From Nostoc sp. KVJ20 (GTDB taxonomy: Bacteria > Cyanobacteriota > Cyanobacteriia > Cyanobacteriales > Nostocaceae), in NCBI RefSeq assembly GCF_001712795.1, contig NZ_KV757576.1, forward strand, positions 1 to 30,338: DNA of 30,338 nt. Direction: 5' to 3'. The position numbers were made by a program, and so were the translations under genes. The notes under the pieces were generated by a model. The model saw only the letters and a program-made list of their open reading frames with translations. It was not told where the DNA came from and searched no databases. Below are positions 8,899 through 18,340 of this stretch, one piece after another. Each line of letters opens with the position of its first letter. The stretch's first letter is position 1.

Positions 8899-10680
8899 TT
8901 AAACAGTTGCGATCGCAACCCCAAGCCATCCAGCAAAGTTTTGCTGCTGTGTGGAGTCAGGATGCTCAACAGGTTTTACCTGATAGCGAGTGGGATGTGG
9001 TGACGCCAAGGTAATGGAATAGGTACGCAGTTCGTCTTGGTGGAAAACTGCGACTTCGATGGTATCGTTTGGTTGGTAATCTTTCAGGCGATCGCTTAAG
9101 CTATTCCCCGTTACTTTAATCCCATCAATTGCTAGTAACTCATCACCCGCATCAATTCCCCCTACTTGTGCTGGTGAAGCAGTCTCCACAAATTTGATCA
9201 TTTCCCGCCCATTCTCTGTATTTATTCTCACGCCCAAGTAAGGTTCTTCCTGTTGTTCAGCTACCAACTGCAAACCAAAGGGTTCTAAGTACTGATTAAA
9301 AGGCAAATCGTCAGTGCCATCAATGTAGCGTTTAAAGAAATCAGTCAAATCGATTCCGGCGACAGATTCGATAACTTCCTGCAACTGTTCTGGGGTATAG
9401 CCAATTTCATCTTTCCCAAATTGCTGCCACATTTTCAGCATCACGTCATCGAGGGAGCGCTGATTGTCGTGAGTAGAGCGAATCAGTAAATCCAGCAATA
9501 ACGATACCATTTCTCCTTTTAAATAATAAGAAATTTGGGAATTAGCGCTATTGGCATCCGGGCGATAAAGTTTTATCCAGGCATCAAAACTCGACTCGGA
9601 AACGGGTTGTACCTTGCGCCCCGGTGTTGTTTCATATCTGGTAATTTCCTTACCCAAGTTATTCAAATACGACTTAACATCATAAATTCCTGCCCGCAAA
9701 GGAATTAACAAATCATAGTAACTAGTAGTACCTTCACAAAACCACAATGATGGTGTGTAGTTTTCTTGGTCGTAATCAAAAACCTCTAATGCTTTTGGGC
9801 GAATTCGCTTGACATTCCACAAGTGAAAGAACTCGTGTGCAACTAATTGGATAAAGCGATCGTACTTTTCCTGAGTGCGAAATCCAAAACGTTGGTAAAT
9901 CAAGGAGCAAGAGTCTTTATGTTCCAAACCGCCAAAAGCTTGGCTAAATAAATGTAGCAGAAACACATATCGTTCATAAGGCAAACCGCCGAACATCTGC
10001 GCTTCAACTTGGATAATTTTTTGGATATCAGCAATCAACTGCTGAATTTGGTAATTACCTTGCCCCCAGATTGCCAGTTCATGGGGTTTTCCCAAAACCT
10101 CAAATTTATACAATTGGTGGCTACCAATCTCAAAGGGAGTATCAACAAGAGTATCAAAATCGCCAGCCAAGAAAGTATTTGTTTCCTCGGCAACAGATGG
10201 TAGAGCAGTAGTTACTTGCCATTCCGGGCGTGGTGGTAGAATGGTGACGCGAATGGGTTGCTTGTCCCAGCCCGGTATTCTAAAAAATATTGCCGCACCG
10301 TTGAAATAACCGTGAGTGGTATCTAAGTGATTTGTCCGTACCGATAGCTCATTGGCAAAAATACGGTAACGTACAGTTAATTCTGAAACACCCGTTTTGT
10401 CTATCTGCCAGTGATTTTTACTAATCTTCCGCCAAGGTAAAGGCTTATCCTCTGCAAAAGCCTCAAAATCTTGTAAATTCTTGGCGTATTCCCGGACTAA
10501 ATAGGAGCCAGGTGTCCACACTGGCAGTTTTAAATCGAGAATTGGTGAGGGATGATTGACAAGGCGTAAAGTCACCTCAAACAGATGGGTTTCTGGCTGA
10601 GACATTGCCACCAGGTAATGAATCGTTGGCCCAGTTTCCTTGACATAGATATTGGGACGAATTGCTGTTGCTTCAGTCAT
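8899..10680 (-). CDS. M61-family metallopeptidase (glycyl aminopeptidase-like) with C-terminal PDZ domain
   Basis: 593-aa ORF with the zinc motif HEFFHLWNVKRIRP and a C-terminal PDZ-like segment (GGIDAGDELLAIDGIKV). The overall layout fits the M61 family. Confidence 0.75.
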   Translation of the reverse strand: MTEATAIRPNIYVKETGPTIHYLVAMSQPETHLFEVTLRLVNHPSPILDLKLPVWTPGSYLVREYAKNLQDFEAFAEDKPLPWRKISKNHWQIDKTGVSELTVRYRIFANELSVRTNHLDTTHGYFNGAAIFFRIPGWDKQPIRVTILPPRPEWQVTTALPSVAEETNTFLAGDFDTLVDTPFEIGSHQLYKFEVLGKPHELAIWGQGNYQIQQLIADIQKIIQVEAQMFGGLPYERYVFLLHLFSQAFGGLEHKDSCSLIYQRFGFRTQEKYDRFIQLVAHEFFHLWNVKRIRPKALEVFDYDQENYTPSLWFCEGTTSYYDLLIPLRAGIYDVKSYLNNLGKEITRYETTPGRKVQPVSESSFDAWIKLYRPDANSANSQISYYLKGEMVSLLLDLLIRSTHDNQRSLDDVMLKMWQQFGKDEIGYTPEQLQEVIESVAGIDLTDFFKRYIDGTDDLPFNQYLEPFGLQLVAEQQEEPYLGVRINTENGREMIKFVETASPAQVGGIDAGDELLAIDGIKVTGNSLSDRLKDYQPNDTIEVAVFHQDELRTYSITLASPHPTRYQVKPVEHPDSTQQQNFAGWLGVAIATV

Positions 10681-10819
10681 CTTATTTGCTGAGGTAATAG
10701 TAGATGAGTCATTTTTCCCATAATGACAAATTTACCTTTTAATTTTTGACTTTTATATCAAGTCCGGTTAATCACTTATGATTACCGCATCTGTGCAAAA
10801 ATCGGAAAAGTCTCTTTTC

Positions 10820-10847
10820 CCCTGCTCCCTGTCCCCTGCCCCCTGCC
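10820..10847. repeat. Heptamer tandem array (CCCTGYC) x 4
   Basis: ccctgct ccctgtc ccctgcc ccctgcc, immediately 3' of the Crp-family gene. Confidence 0.7.
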
Positions 10848-10852
10848 TCTTA

Positions 10853-11536
10853 TCAAACTTTGCCAGCCAAGTTCATCAACTGTTTGAAGTTCACAAGATA
10901 AGTGATGTTGTTGGCGCTATCAATTTTTATCCACCCTTTTTCATGCAGCTTTTCCATGATTTTGGCGGTTTCTTCAACGCCGATTTCTGTCACCTCTGCT
11001 AAATCTTTAAAGGGAATGTTAAAAATTTCTCTTCCTAAGTCTGATTCCTGACCATAACTTTCGCCTAAACTCACTAGGGTATGGGCGAGTTTGACTGCTG
11101 GTGGTGAAGACCGCATTTGTAGGCGCAGGTTAATTTGTCGCAATCGCCGCACCATCAGTTGCAACATCCGGTGATGTAACTGCGGGTCTTTAAACAATAT
11201 TTGAATAAATCGCTCTCTGGAAATACTCAGCAATTTCACGGATGAAAGGGCAATGACATCAGTTGAGCGTGGAGATTCATCCAAAATTGCCATTTCTCCA
11301 AAAAAATCGCCACGCCCAAAAATTGCCAGAGCTACTGAATCTTCCCCGACGGTACGCCGGACTTTGACCCAACCAGAAACCACAAAGTAAACGGCGTTAC
11401 CCCAGGCATCTTCCATGACAACGGCTCGCCCAGATGGGTATTCATGTTCAATTGCAACGTTGAGCAGCCATTCCAAGGTCTGTGGATTGGCTGTACTCAT
11501 TAAGGGGAAAAGTTCACTAAAAACCTCAGTTAGCAT
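10853..11536 (-). CDS. Crp/Fnr-family transcription regulator (cNMP-binding domain + C-terminal HTH)
   Basis: 227 aa with a cNMP-binding beta-roll signature (FGRGDFFGEMAIL...RSTDVIA) and a C-terminal HTH (FKDLAEVTEIGVEETAKIMEKLHEKGWI). Confidence 0.8.
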   Translation of the reverse strand: MLTEVFSELFPLMSTANPQTLEWLLNVAIEHEYPSGRAVVMEDAWGNAVYFVVSGWVKVRRTVGEDSVALAIFGRGDFFGEMAILDESPRSTDVIALSSVKLLSISRERFIQILFKDPQLHHRMLQLMVRRLRQINLRLQMRSSPPAVKLAHTLVSLGESYGQESDLGREIFNIPFKDLAEVTEIGVEETAKIMEKLHEKGWIKIDSANNITYLVNFKQLMNLAGKV

Positions 11537-11723
11537 GAAATATTTGCAACAAATGGATTTAAGAGTGGGAAACTAACTTTGCTACTATAAGTTTGTTTAA
11601 ACCGTAATCTTACTCAGAATACGATCGCAAAATTTGTATTTATTGAAGATGAATCTCTAAGGTTGATCGGTCTAGAGTTCGATTACAACATAACAATTAT
11701 GTATGTGATCGAAATCAGCGGTT

Positions 11724-12977
11724 TCACTGACAGACTTTTGATTTGCTGTTTGTTGGTGGATTGCTATCTAGTGCCAGTATTTTGATCTGTTGGTCTAAAT
11801 TTTTGACTAGTTGATTCAGGGCGACCATTGCTTCTAATTGCTGAGAATCAAGGCTGGGATTCAGTAAAAGCCTTTCTTGTAGTTCATGTAACTTTAAGCT
11901 TAGTTGCTGAGAAATTCCTAAAGCATCGCGGCCAAGACGCGCCAACTGTTGTTGTTGATAGAACTTTAATGCTGCTCCTCGTAACACTTGGAGTGTTGCC
12001 TCTTCGCCGTAGATTCCCGGCATGACTCGCAAGCGCAATAATAAGCGGTTTTTTTGATATACGTATTCTTTCTCTACCTGTTTTGGTTCTGCAACGCTGG
12101 TGACAGGCAGGGAAGCAAACCGCTTTAATTCATTCAGTACTCCTTGAAAAACCGAGAGCGGCAGTTTGTCTAATACAGACTGTAAAATTCCATTATCACT
12201 CCACAGTATTCTGCCTTCGTAAGCTTGTCTTTCTAAATACAGCCGACCAATTCCCCCAGCCAGGATTCGCCCTAGTAATTCTTCTAGTAATTTCTTCGGT
12301 GGTAGTGTTGTTAGCACCTCAATCGGACTAAGTAATTCGGGAACTTGCGTGGGCAAAATCGGTAAATTGTTTGGTGTCACTTCGGAATTCTCGCTCTCAA
12401 TAGGGGTCAAGAACGTCGTAGTTTGAGATAATTGGTCTAGCTCTGGAGTGGGCGGCAAGTCTACGCGCTGCCCAGAATGTTGACGCTTTTGTGTCTGAAA
12501 CACCATCAATATTGGTTGTTGATTTGATTCCGAGTCTGCATCTAGGAAAGGAACAGGGGTGTCAGCAATGGCCGCTGGGCTATTTGTTGAAGGAGAGTCC
12601 GCTGTTGGCTGATGTATTTGTTGGGCATCTAGCTGAGATGTATTCTTATGGTTGAGGTAGGCTGACAGTATTCTACGGTGAGCATCGGCTGCGATCGCCT
12701 CAATCACCATTGTGCAATTGATACAAGACAAAATGCGACCAACGTAATCTAGCGCCTCACTGTCTTGTGGATGAACCATACCTAGCAAGAGGTTTTTGTC
12801 TTCTAATCCAAAGGGCAAAATCTGGTGGTAGAGGCAAGCTTCAAAGGACAAAAGGCTATCAATCAGTTGAAATATTTGTTCGCGATCGCCTTCTTCCTCC
12901 CACTTAAATTGTGTAGCGGTTAGCACCTGGGAATCATTTACTGTAGTATCTGTTAGTTCGCCCTCTGAAGACAACAT
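11724..12977 (-). CDS. PilB/GspE-like protein with only the N-terminal (T2SSE_N-like) and N2 domains, no ATPase core
   Basis: The N-terminal part (HQILPFGLEDKNLLLGMVHPQDSEALDYVGRIL) resembles the T2SSE_N fold. A Pro/Ser/Thr/Gln-rich linker follows. Next, LLGRILAGGIGRLYLERQAYEGRILWSDNGILQSVLDKLP...LLLRLRVMPGIYGEEATLQVLRG resembles the N2 domain that precedes Walker A in PilB/GspE. There is no Walker A/B. The protein ends in a coiled-coil-like tail. Confidence 0.5.
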   Translation of the reverse strand: MLSSEGELTDTTVNDSQVLTATQFKWEEEGDREQIFQLIDSLLSFEACLYHQILPFGLEDKNLLLGMVHPQDSEALDYVGRILSCINCTMVIEAIAADAHRRILSAYLNHKNTSQLDAQQIHQPTADSPSTNSPAAIADTPVPFLDADSESNQQPILMVFQTQKRQHSGQRVDLPPTPELDQLSQTTTFLTPIESENSEVTPNNLPILPTQVPELLSPIEVLTTLPPKKLLEELLGRILAGGIGRLYLERQAYEGRILWSDNGILQSVLDKLPLSVFQGVLNELKRFASLPVTSVAEPKQVEKEYVYQKNRLLLRLRVMPGIYGEEATLQVLRGAALKFYQQQQLARLGRDALGISQQLSLKLHELQERLLLNPSLDSQQLEAMVALNQLVKNLDQQIKILALDSNPPTNSKSKVCQ

Positions 12978-13202
12978 AGGTTTGATTGCTTGGTGTTTAT
13001 GTATATAATATTTTGCCTCTAATTGAGTAGGTAGTTAATAAAGATACTTTGTTCGATTGTTAAAATTTCAATTATATATACCTAAGTAGACGTAAGTAGA
13101 ATATGAATTTTAGATTATAGACTGTGGATAATATTGAGGATTAGGGCATGGGGCATGGGACATTAGTTATTTCTCCCTCATCTCCCTTATCCCCACTACA
13201 GG

Positions 13203-14378
13203 TTACTCTTGGGTTCTTAAAGCTTGGGCTGCAAGATAGATTTTTGTCCATTCACCTAACACTTGATGAGTTTTGAGTTTTAACTGTTGAGCTATTGTTT
13301 CTATTGAATTACCCGCTTTCCGCAAGTCTAGAATTTGCCGCCCTAGAGGAGTCAATTTTTCATCAAGTTGCTGCCATTGCTTTTGTGTTAACCCTAAGTT
13401 GTGTTCTTGCAAGGAAATTGAGAGCCAGTTGCCTACGAGTTCTGGTTTCCCTTTGAGGGCAAAAACACGCACAGCATGGTAACTAATTTTTTCTCGCAGA
13501 CGGTAGACTTCCTTAGTCTGCTTATTTAATCTCTGGGCTATATCTTCCTGAGACTTACCTTGCAGATACAGTCTTAGCCATTCCACGGCGTCTTTTCCGA
13601 GATTTTCTTGTAAATAATTTTCAAATTCTTTTTGTACTGACTGGCGTAGCGCAAGTTGTTCCTCTAGTTGTTGTGCTTCTTGATATTCTGCGATCGCCTG
13701 ACTATCGACTAAGTTAACTCGATTATCATTATCATCTGTGAGAATTTCTTCTGACACGAGTCGAACCAAGTCACGGCTAGGTACTTGGGTTAAGCCACCG
13801 CGCTGAGTGCGACGCAAATAATTCACAAATCGATAAGCTAATAGGGGTTGATTGCGGACTGGCCGCAAACAATATTCTTCTAAACTGGCAAATAGTAGAG
13901 CATCTCCTAATCGTCTATCGGTTGTATATTTGGCAATGTCAGCCATTTGCTGTTGCATCTGGCTATCGCTTTGCAATAATTCTTGGAGTACTTCTTGTAA
14001 CACATCCATTACGCTGCGCTGGCGATCGCGGCTGAGAGAAACCCAAGTCTGAATCTTATTGCGTAATGTTACTAAACTCCCTAATCGCGTTATCAAGTTG
14101 CGATAAGCACGTTCTCGCCCCAGCCCCAAGTAGCGTTGACGTAAAATTCTCCAGCGATATTCCATCGCTTGCTTGGCGATATCGAGTTCTTTCGGATTCA
14201 ACAGATCAAACCGTTTGGAGTCAGATCCCAACAGCCAGAGAATAATGCTTTCTCTAGTAGCTTCATTTTGCTCTGGACATTCCACAGCCAATCGTTCTTG
14301 CCAATCTATAGCCAGTTTTTCTATATCCGTTTTCATAGCGAGATTGCATTCCTCGAAACTCAATTTTGAAGTTTGCAT
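13203..14378 (-). CDS. HetZ-related protein (cyanobacterial regulator family with sigma-70 region-4-like HTH modules)
   Basis: The C-terminal pattern ...SQEDIAQRLNKQTKEVYRLREKISYHAVRVFAL...WLSISLQEHNLGLTQKQWQQLDEKL...LDLRKAGNSIETIAQQLKLKTHQVLGEWTKIY matches my recollection of the HetZ family. The ATG at 14378 (MQTSKLSF) is preferred over the GTG at 14399. This call rests on memory of the family, not on a search. Confidence 0.55.
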   Translation of the reverse strand: MQTSKLSFEECNLAMKTDIEKLAIDWQERLAVECPEQNEATRESIILWLLGSDSKRFDLLNPKELDIAKQAMEYRWRILRQRYLGLGRERAYRNLITRLGSLVTLRNKIQTWVSLSRDRQRSVMDVLQEVLQELLQSDSQMQQQMADIAKYTTDRRLGDALLFASLEEYCLRPVRNQPLLAYRFVNYLRRTQRGGLTQVPSRDLVRLVSEEILTDDNDNRVNLVDSQAIAEYQEAQQLEEQLALRQSVQKEFENYLQENLGKDAVEWLRLYLQGKSQEDIAQRLNKQTKEVYRLREKISYHAVRVFALKGKPELVGNWLSISLQEHNLGLTQKQWQQLDEKLTPLGRQILDLRKAGNSIETIAQQLKLKTHQVLGEWTKIYLAAQALRTQE

Positions 14379-14916
14379 CACAACCCCCCTTCGTCTCACC
14401 TAATTGTTTAACTGGCAGCTGCCCCGTGTTTCATGAATTTCATGAAAATAGCTCAGTGATTCTACTTTTATTACGTCTTAGTTCACTCAAATTATGCAGA
14501 AACTTTCGACATTGATGTTTTGCTTTTACTTCAAAATGCCCGAAAGCTATACCTATCAACCATTTAGGACAATTATGCTAATTTTAAATTTTCGTAAAGT
14601 TATGTTTTTAACTGAGAACAGAAATTCGCCTAGAGTGGTGAGGATACACCTTTGCACTAGATTTATCGGGGAAATCTGACATTTTGTAACATATACGAGG
14701 AACGAATCTAATTTAACTCAATATCGGACGGTATTTCACCCGTATAAGTTTCAACACTCTATAATCCTTTACTTAGTCAAATACTTAGTTAAATTTCAAT
14801 ATGCTTGGTGTTAATGAGATTTGACCTCGGAAGATTCCCTAACCCCTGTGATAAATTGGCTTAATTCCTTCCTTTTTAAGGAATATCAAGCCTTAAATGA
14901 ATTGTATAGCAGGAGG

Positions 14917-15037
14917 CAGGAGTCAGTATTCAGCAATGTTTTCTGTACGACTGGCGGTGCTTCGTAGTGTTAGCGAGTCCACGTACTTTGTAAGAGTTGC
15001 AAGCTACGCGTAGAGAGCGTCTTAATTCTGACTCCTG
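14917..15037. repeat. MITE-like hairpin element with 14-bp terminal inverted repeats
   Basis: caggagtcagtatt (14917-14930) pairs with aattctgactcctg (15024-15037) at 13 of 14 positions. The interior has further self-complementarity (gtacg...cgtac). A related fragment cattctgacttctgaattc lies at 15062-15080. Confidence 0.4.
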
Positions 15038-15152
15038 TTAGCGGATAGCTAAGGTTTAGCCCATTCTGACTTCTGAATTCTTCTTCAACTTTTTTAAACT
15101 ATAGGACTCATATTTGATTTCTGAAAAAACTTAGGACAACTAAGAAGCCTTC

Positions 15153-15179
15153 TTGCCTATTGCCTATTGCCTATTGCCT
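15153..15179. repeat. Heptamer tandem array (TTGCCTA) x about 3.5
   Basis: ttgcctattgcctattgcctattgcc, in the long gap between the HetZ-related gene and ccmK4. Confidence 0.8.
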
Positions 15180-15480
15180 GCCTACGCAAATTAGTTCAGA
15201 AATCAAAGTGGATTCCTATAGCTTCACTCATAACTACGCCTTTAACATTGACAAGTTATTCTTAACAATGAATAGTCAACAGTCAATATTGATTTTGACT
15301 ATTGACTCTGACTGTTGCTTTCCCTCTGCTTCAAAATTTAACTTATGCAAAATCTAAAAACAGAAAGAATGCATTCCCCTAAAGTTTTGATAGTCAGAAG
15401 CTTGACAAGAAACTTCTCTTTAAATTCATTTATGGAGATTCTTCGTTTGAAATTTTGAATTCCCCCACACGATGTTGAAT

Positions 15481-15828
15481 CTATCGATTGTTTGATCTAA
15501 CAATGGGATTTTCTACAGATTCTCGATACCCTTGGACTTGTTCTGTGTAACCAATTGGCAGAACAGCTTCAACGTTTTCATGGGGACGAGCAATAATTAC
15601 CCAGGATTCAAGTGTACCGCCAAAAACATTTTCTGCGGCTTCAACACCGGCAGCCATAGCGGCTTTTACTTCAGAAACATCGCCACGAATATTAACTGTA
15701 AAGCGAGCGCTACCTACTCTGATATAACCAACCAGGGTGACTCGACCAGCTTTTACCATAGCATCTGCTGCTGCTAGCACCGCAGGAAAACCTTTAGTTT
15801 CAAGTGCTCCAACTGCCTGTAATGACAT
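15481..15828 (-). CDS. ccmK4: Carboxysome shell protein CcmK (BMC-H), CcmK4-like
   Basis: [57 protein letters not shown]... is a canonical BMC-H domain. It is the second gene of a two-gene ccmK satellite locus, as in the ccmK3-ccmK4 pair of other beta-cyanobacteria. Confidence 0.8.
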   Translation of the reverse strand: MSLQAVGALETKGFPAVLAAADAMVKAGRVTLVGYIRVGSARFTVNIRGDVSEVKAAMAAGVEAAENVFGGTLESWVIIARPHENVEAVLPIGYTEQVQGYRESVENPIVRSNNR

Positions 15829-15913
15829 TATTAATCTCCTGTATGAATAAACGATATGGGGGCTACAAGTTAATTGTACGAAGCTTCGCTACAGATTTTG
15901 ATAGCAAAATTGC

Positions 15914-16225
15914 TTAGAACATGCGGAAAGGTTCTGATTCTTCAGTGAAATGGATTGGTAATATGGTTTCCACATTTTCCGGGGGATTAGGAACAACGTA
16001 GTAGGTAATTACTGTACCAACCTTGACTTGCTCTCCAGCTACAATTCCGGCTTCAACAGCTCTATTTACTTCCGAAACGTGTCCCCGGACGGCAACTAAC
16101 AAGCGGGCACTTTCTGCTTGACCATAATACACAATTGTGACTGCGGCAGCTTTGACCATTGCATCTGCTGCTGCTAAGACACTGGGAAAACCTAAAGTTT
16201 CAATTACGCCAACCGCCATTGGCAT
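15914..16225 (-). CDS. ccmK3: Carboxysome shell protein CcmK (BMC-H), CcmK3-like
   Basis: [38 protein letters not shown]...HVSEVNRAV...YYVVPNPPENVETILP. The VYY and YVVPNPPENV features match what I recall of CcmK3. Confidence 0.75.
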   Translation of the reverse strand: MPMAVGVIETLGFPSVLAAADAMVKAAAVTIVYYGQAESARLLVAVRGHVSEVNRAVEAGIVAGEQVKVGTVITYYVVPNPPENVETILPIHFTEESEPFRMF

Positions 16226-16336
16226 GGCATTAGCTCCTGGATTAAGGGATAAGCGATTTTAATTGTACGTGGCTTTAGTCCCCATTTTGACATTTTGGAA
16301 AATTTTCTTTGATGCCATAATTTTTTTGGAGAGTAG

Positions 16337-16383
16337 AGAGGCGATTAATTGTGTCTATCCTGTAAGCGATTAATCGCGTCTGT
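16337..16383. repeat. Palindromic dispersed repeat family (consensus AGACGCGATTAATCGCGTCT), two degenerate copies
   Basis: agaggcgattaattgtgtct and aagcgattaatcgcgtctg. Related copies lie at 17455-17529 on the other side of the hydrolase gene. Confidence 0.5.
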
Positions 16384-16529
16384 TGGGAGTTAGAATATTT
16401 TGATATTACCTGACTTATGTTTTATATATAAATTACAAATAATACTTCAGCATCTTAGGTTGTTGTAACTTTATTGTTTAACAAAATTAGTTATGCGTGG
16501 ATACAGGCTAGTACGATAAACTGAAATTT

Positions 16530-17417
16530 ATGTTTCCGAATTTTCTTCCTACAGCAGTTGGGCAACTCACAGAACCAGCCTCGATCGCACTAGCTCAGAG
16601 TATTCAAACTGCTGCGATCGCTACTCCTTTAACTAATCAAGCAATTACCACAACTTTTGTCAAGCAAGGGAGTGGTGGCACTCCGATTTTATTAATTCAT
16701 GGCTTTGACAGTTCTGTATTAGAATTTCGGCGGCTTTTGCCACTACTTTCAAAAGATAATGAAACGTGGGCAGTGGATTTGTTGGGTTTTGGATTTACAG
16801 ATAGACTCTCAGAAATTACCTATAGTCCAACTGCGATTAAAACCCATCTTTATTATTTCTGGAAAAGCCTGATTAACCAACCTGTAATTTTGGTGGGTGC
16901 TTCGATGGGTGGTGCAACAGCGATTGATTTTACGCTGACTTACCCGGAAGTGGTAAAAAAGCTGGTGTTAATTGATAGTGCGGGGTTGGCGGGTGGTTCA
17001 CCATTGAGTAAATTTATGTTTCCCCCGTTGGATTATTTAGCAACTCAGTTTTTGAGTAATCTGAAGGTGCGCGATCGCGTTTCTCGCATTGGATATAAAA
17101 ATCAAACTCTTGCCTCTATCGATGCGTTATCTTGTGGGGCATTGCACTTACAAATGCCGAGTTGGAATCAAGCTCTGATTTCTTTTACTAAAAGTGGTGG
17201 TTATAGTGCTTTTAGAGTTGAAACAATATCACAAATTGTGCAACCAACGCTAATTTTGTGGGGCGATTCCGATAAAATTTTGGGTACTGGGGATGCCATG
17301 AAATTTAAAATGGCAATTCCACACAGTACTCTTACCTGGATTCAAAATTGTGGTCATCTTCCACACCTGGAACAACCACAAATTAGCGCGGAGCATATTT
17401 TAGACTTTCGAGTTTAA
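16530..17417 (+). CDS. Alpha/beta-fold hydrolase
   Basis: PILLIHGFDSS (oxyanion region), the nucleophile elbow GASMGG, and a C-terminal CGHLPHLEQP (catalytic His region). Confidence 0.8.
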   Translation: MFPNFLPTAVGQLTEPASIALAQSIQTAAIATPLTNQAITTTFVKQGSGGTPILLIHGFDSSVLEFRRLLPLLSKDNETWAVDLLGFGFTDRLSEITYSPTAIKTHLYYFWKSLINQPVILVGASMGGATAIDFTLTYPEVVKKLVLIDSAGLAGGSPLSKFMFPPLDYLATQFLSNLKVRDRVSRIGYKNQTLASIDALSCGALHLQMPSWNQALISFTKSGGYSAFRVETISQIVQPTLILWGDSDKILGTGDAMKFKMAIPHSTLTWIQNCGHLPHLEQPQISAEHILDFRV

Positions 17418-17454
17418 ATCGGTTAAGGTTTTTTGCGTTCAAATTATCACAAAG

Positions 17455-17529
17455 ACGCGATAAATCACAAAGACACGATAAATCGCCGTCTCTACAATAA
17501 TTAGTCTTTCGTTTTGACGGCGATTTATT
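17455..17529. repeat. Palindromic dispersed repeat family, further copies, including a 13-bp perfect inverted repeat
   Basis: gacgcgataaatcacaaagacacgataaatcgccgtctc. The arm ataaatcgccgtc (17478-17490) pairs perfectly with gacggcgatttat (17516-17528). Confidence 0.5.
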
Positions 17530-17616
17530 GGGTATTGAAAAGCCAATCATCTACACCAATAACCCAAGGCATATTATCCTATAGTAGGCATAATACCGAT
17601 CAATTGTGAGTTTGTA

Positions 17617-17645
17617 TAGAAAAAGGGGCTTAAACCCCTTGTTTT
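17617..17645 (-). terminator. Probable bidirectional intrinsic terminator downstream of the ParA/coiled-coil operon
   Basis: The stem AAGGGG (17623-17628) pairs with CCCCTT (17635-17640) around a 6-nt loop. T-runs follow on both strands (tttt on the minus-strand reading, gtttt on plus). It lies about 50 nt after the stop at 17690. Confidence 0.45.
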
Positions 17646-17689
17646 ACAAGTCTGATTTTGTACAGTTTCACAAAGAAATGGTATCGATT

Positions 17690-18340
17690 TTAGTCAAGTA
17701 ACCACATCTCATTAGAACTATCGGGATACTCATTTGGTTGATTTTGAGGTTGAGCTTGAGCAAGTGTTTCCGATGAACGATGTGATTTTTTGTAGTTAAG
17801 TGGATTGTAGTGGTCTTTTACGGGTTTTATCGCACTAGTTTCTTTTACAGCTACAGCTAGTTTAGATTTATCTTCTGCTTTTTGTACTGCTTTTTGTACT
17901 GCTTCTTTTTTGAAAGAATTAATTTCTTCTATCAGCAGGGAATTTGCTTCTGCAAGTTGCAGTGCTGTTTTTTTTGTTTCGTCAAGTTCTTTTGTTAGCT
18001 GTTCTAGTAATGATTTTTGTTCTGATGCAAAGGTTTTTTGTTTAGATAATTTTGATTGCAAATCAGTAATTTCTTGTCCAAGAGATGCTTCTTTTTTGTG
18101 GCTTGTTTCTAGATTAGTTGTCAACTCTTTGACAGTTGCTTCTAAATCAGCCTTAGTAGGACTGCGTTTAGTAGAAGCTGGTTCAAGTGGTTGTCCTAAC
18201 GATTCCTCATCAGATGCAGCTTGTTCTTCGACAATTTTTTCTGCTGTAACTTCGATCGCAGATTCACCTTCTGGGGGTGTAAATTTTTGCGCCTCTTCTT
18301 GTAGTAAGTCAGAGAGACTTTGTTTCCTAGCCATTATCAT
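17690..18340 (-). CDS. mcdB: Coiled-coil ParA partner protein, McdB-like (candidate carboxysome-positioning adaptor)
   Basis: 216 aa counted from the ATG at 18340, which overlaps the ParA stop as ATGA. The N-terminus is charged ([17 protein letters not shown]). The centre is heptad-rich (about [10 protein letters not shown]...[19 protein letters not shown]). The C-terminus is Q/P-rich and ends NEMWLLD, with Trp at position -4. I see no recognisable DNA-binding fold. The gene lies about 1.5 kb from ccmK3. Confidence 0.5.
   Translation of the reverse strand: MIMARKQSLSDLLQEEAQKFTPPEGESAIEVTAEKIVEEQAASDEESLGQPLEPASTKRSPTKADLEATVKELTTNLETSHKKEASLGQEITDLQSKLSKQKTFASEQKSLLEQLTKELDETKKTALQLAEANSLLIEEINSFKKEAVQKAVQKAEDKSKLAVAVKETSAIKPVKDHYNPLNYKKSHRSSETLAQAQPQNQPNEYPDSSNEMWLLD

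Noticed and set aside
8751-8969. 72-aa ORF on the minus strand (GIGHWALGIGHWALGIGHW...)
   Set aside because: It is simply a translation of the CCAATGC and GGGGACT heptamer arrays, and it overlaps the 3' end of the M61 peptidase gene.
15041-15110. tRNA-like start gcggatagctaaggtttagcc
   Set aside because: The D-arm does not pair, there is no T-arm (no GGTTCGA-type loop), and the acceptor stem cannot close. The local hairpin belongs to the CTGACTY repeat fragments.
14494-15357. ORFs of 61 aa and 65 aa in the 1.1-kb AT-rich gap between the HetZ-related gene and ccmK4
   Set aside because: They have low-complexity, AT-driven composition. One is built on the TTGCCTA array. Neither shows motif or start-context support.
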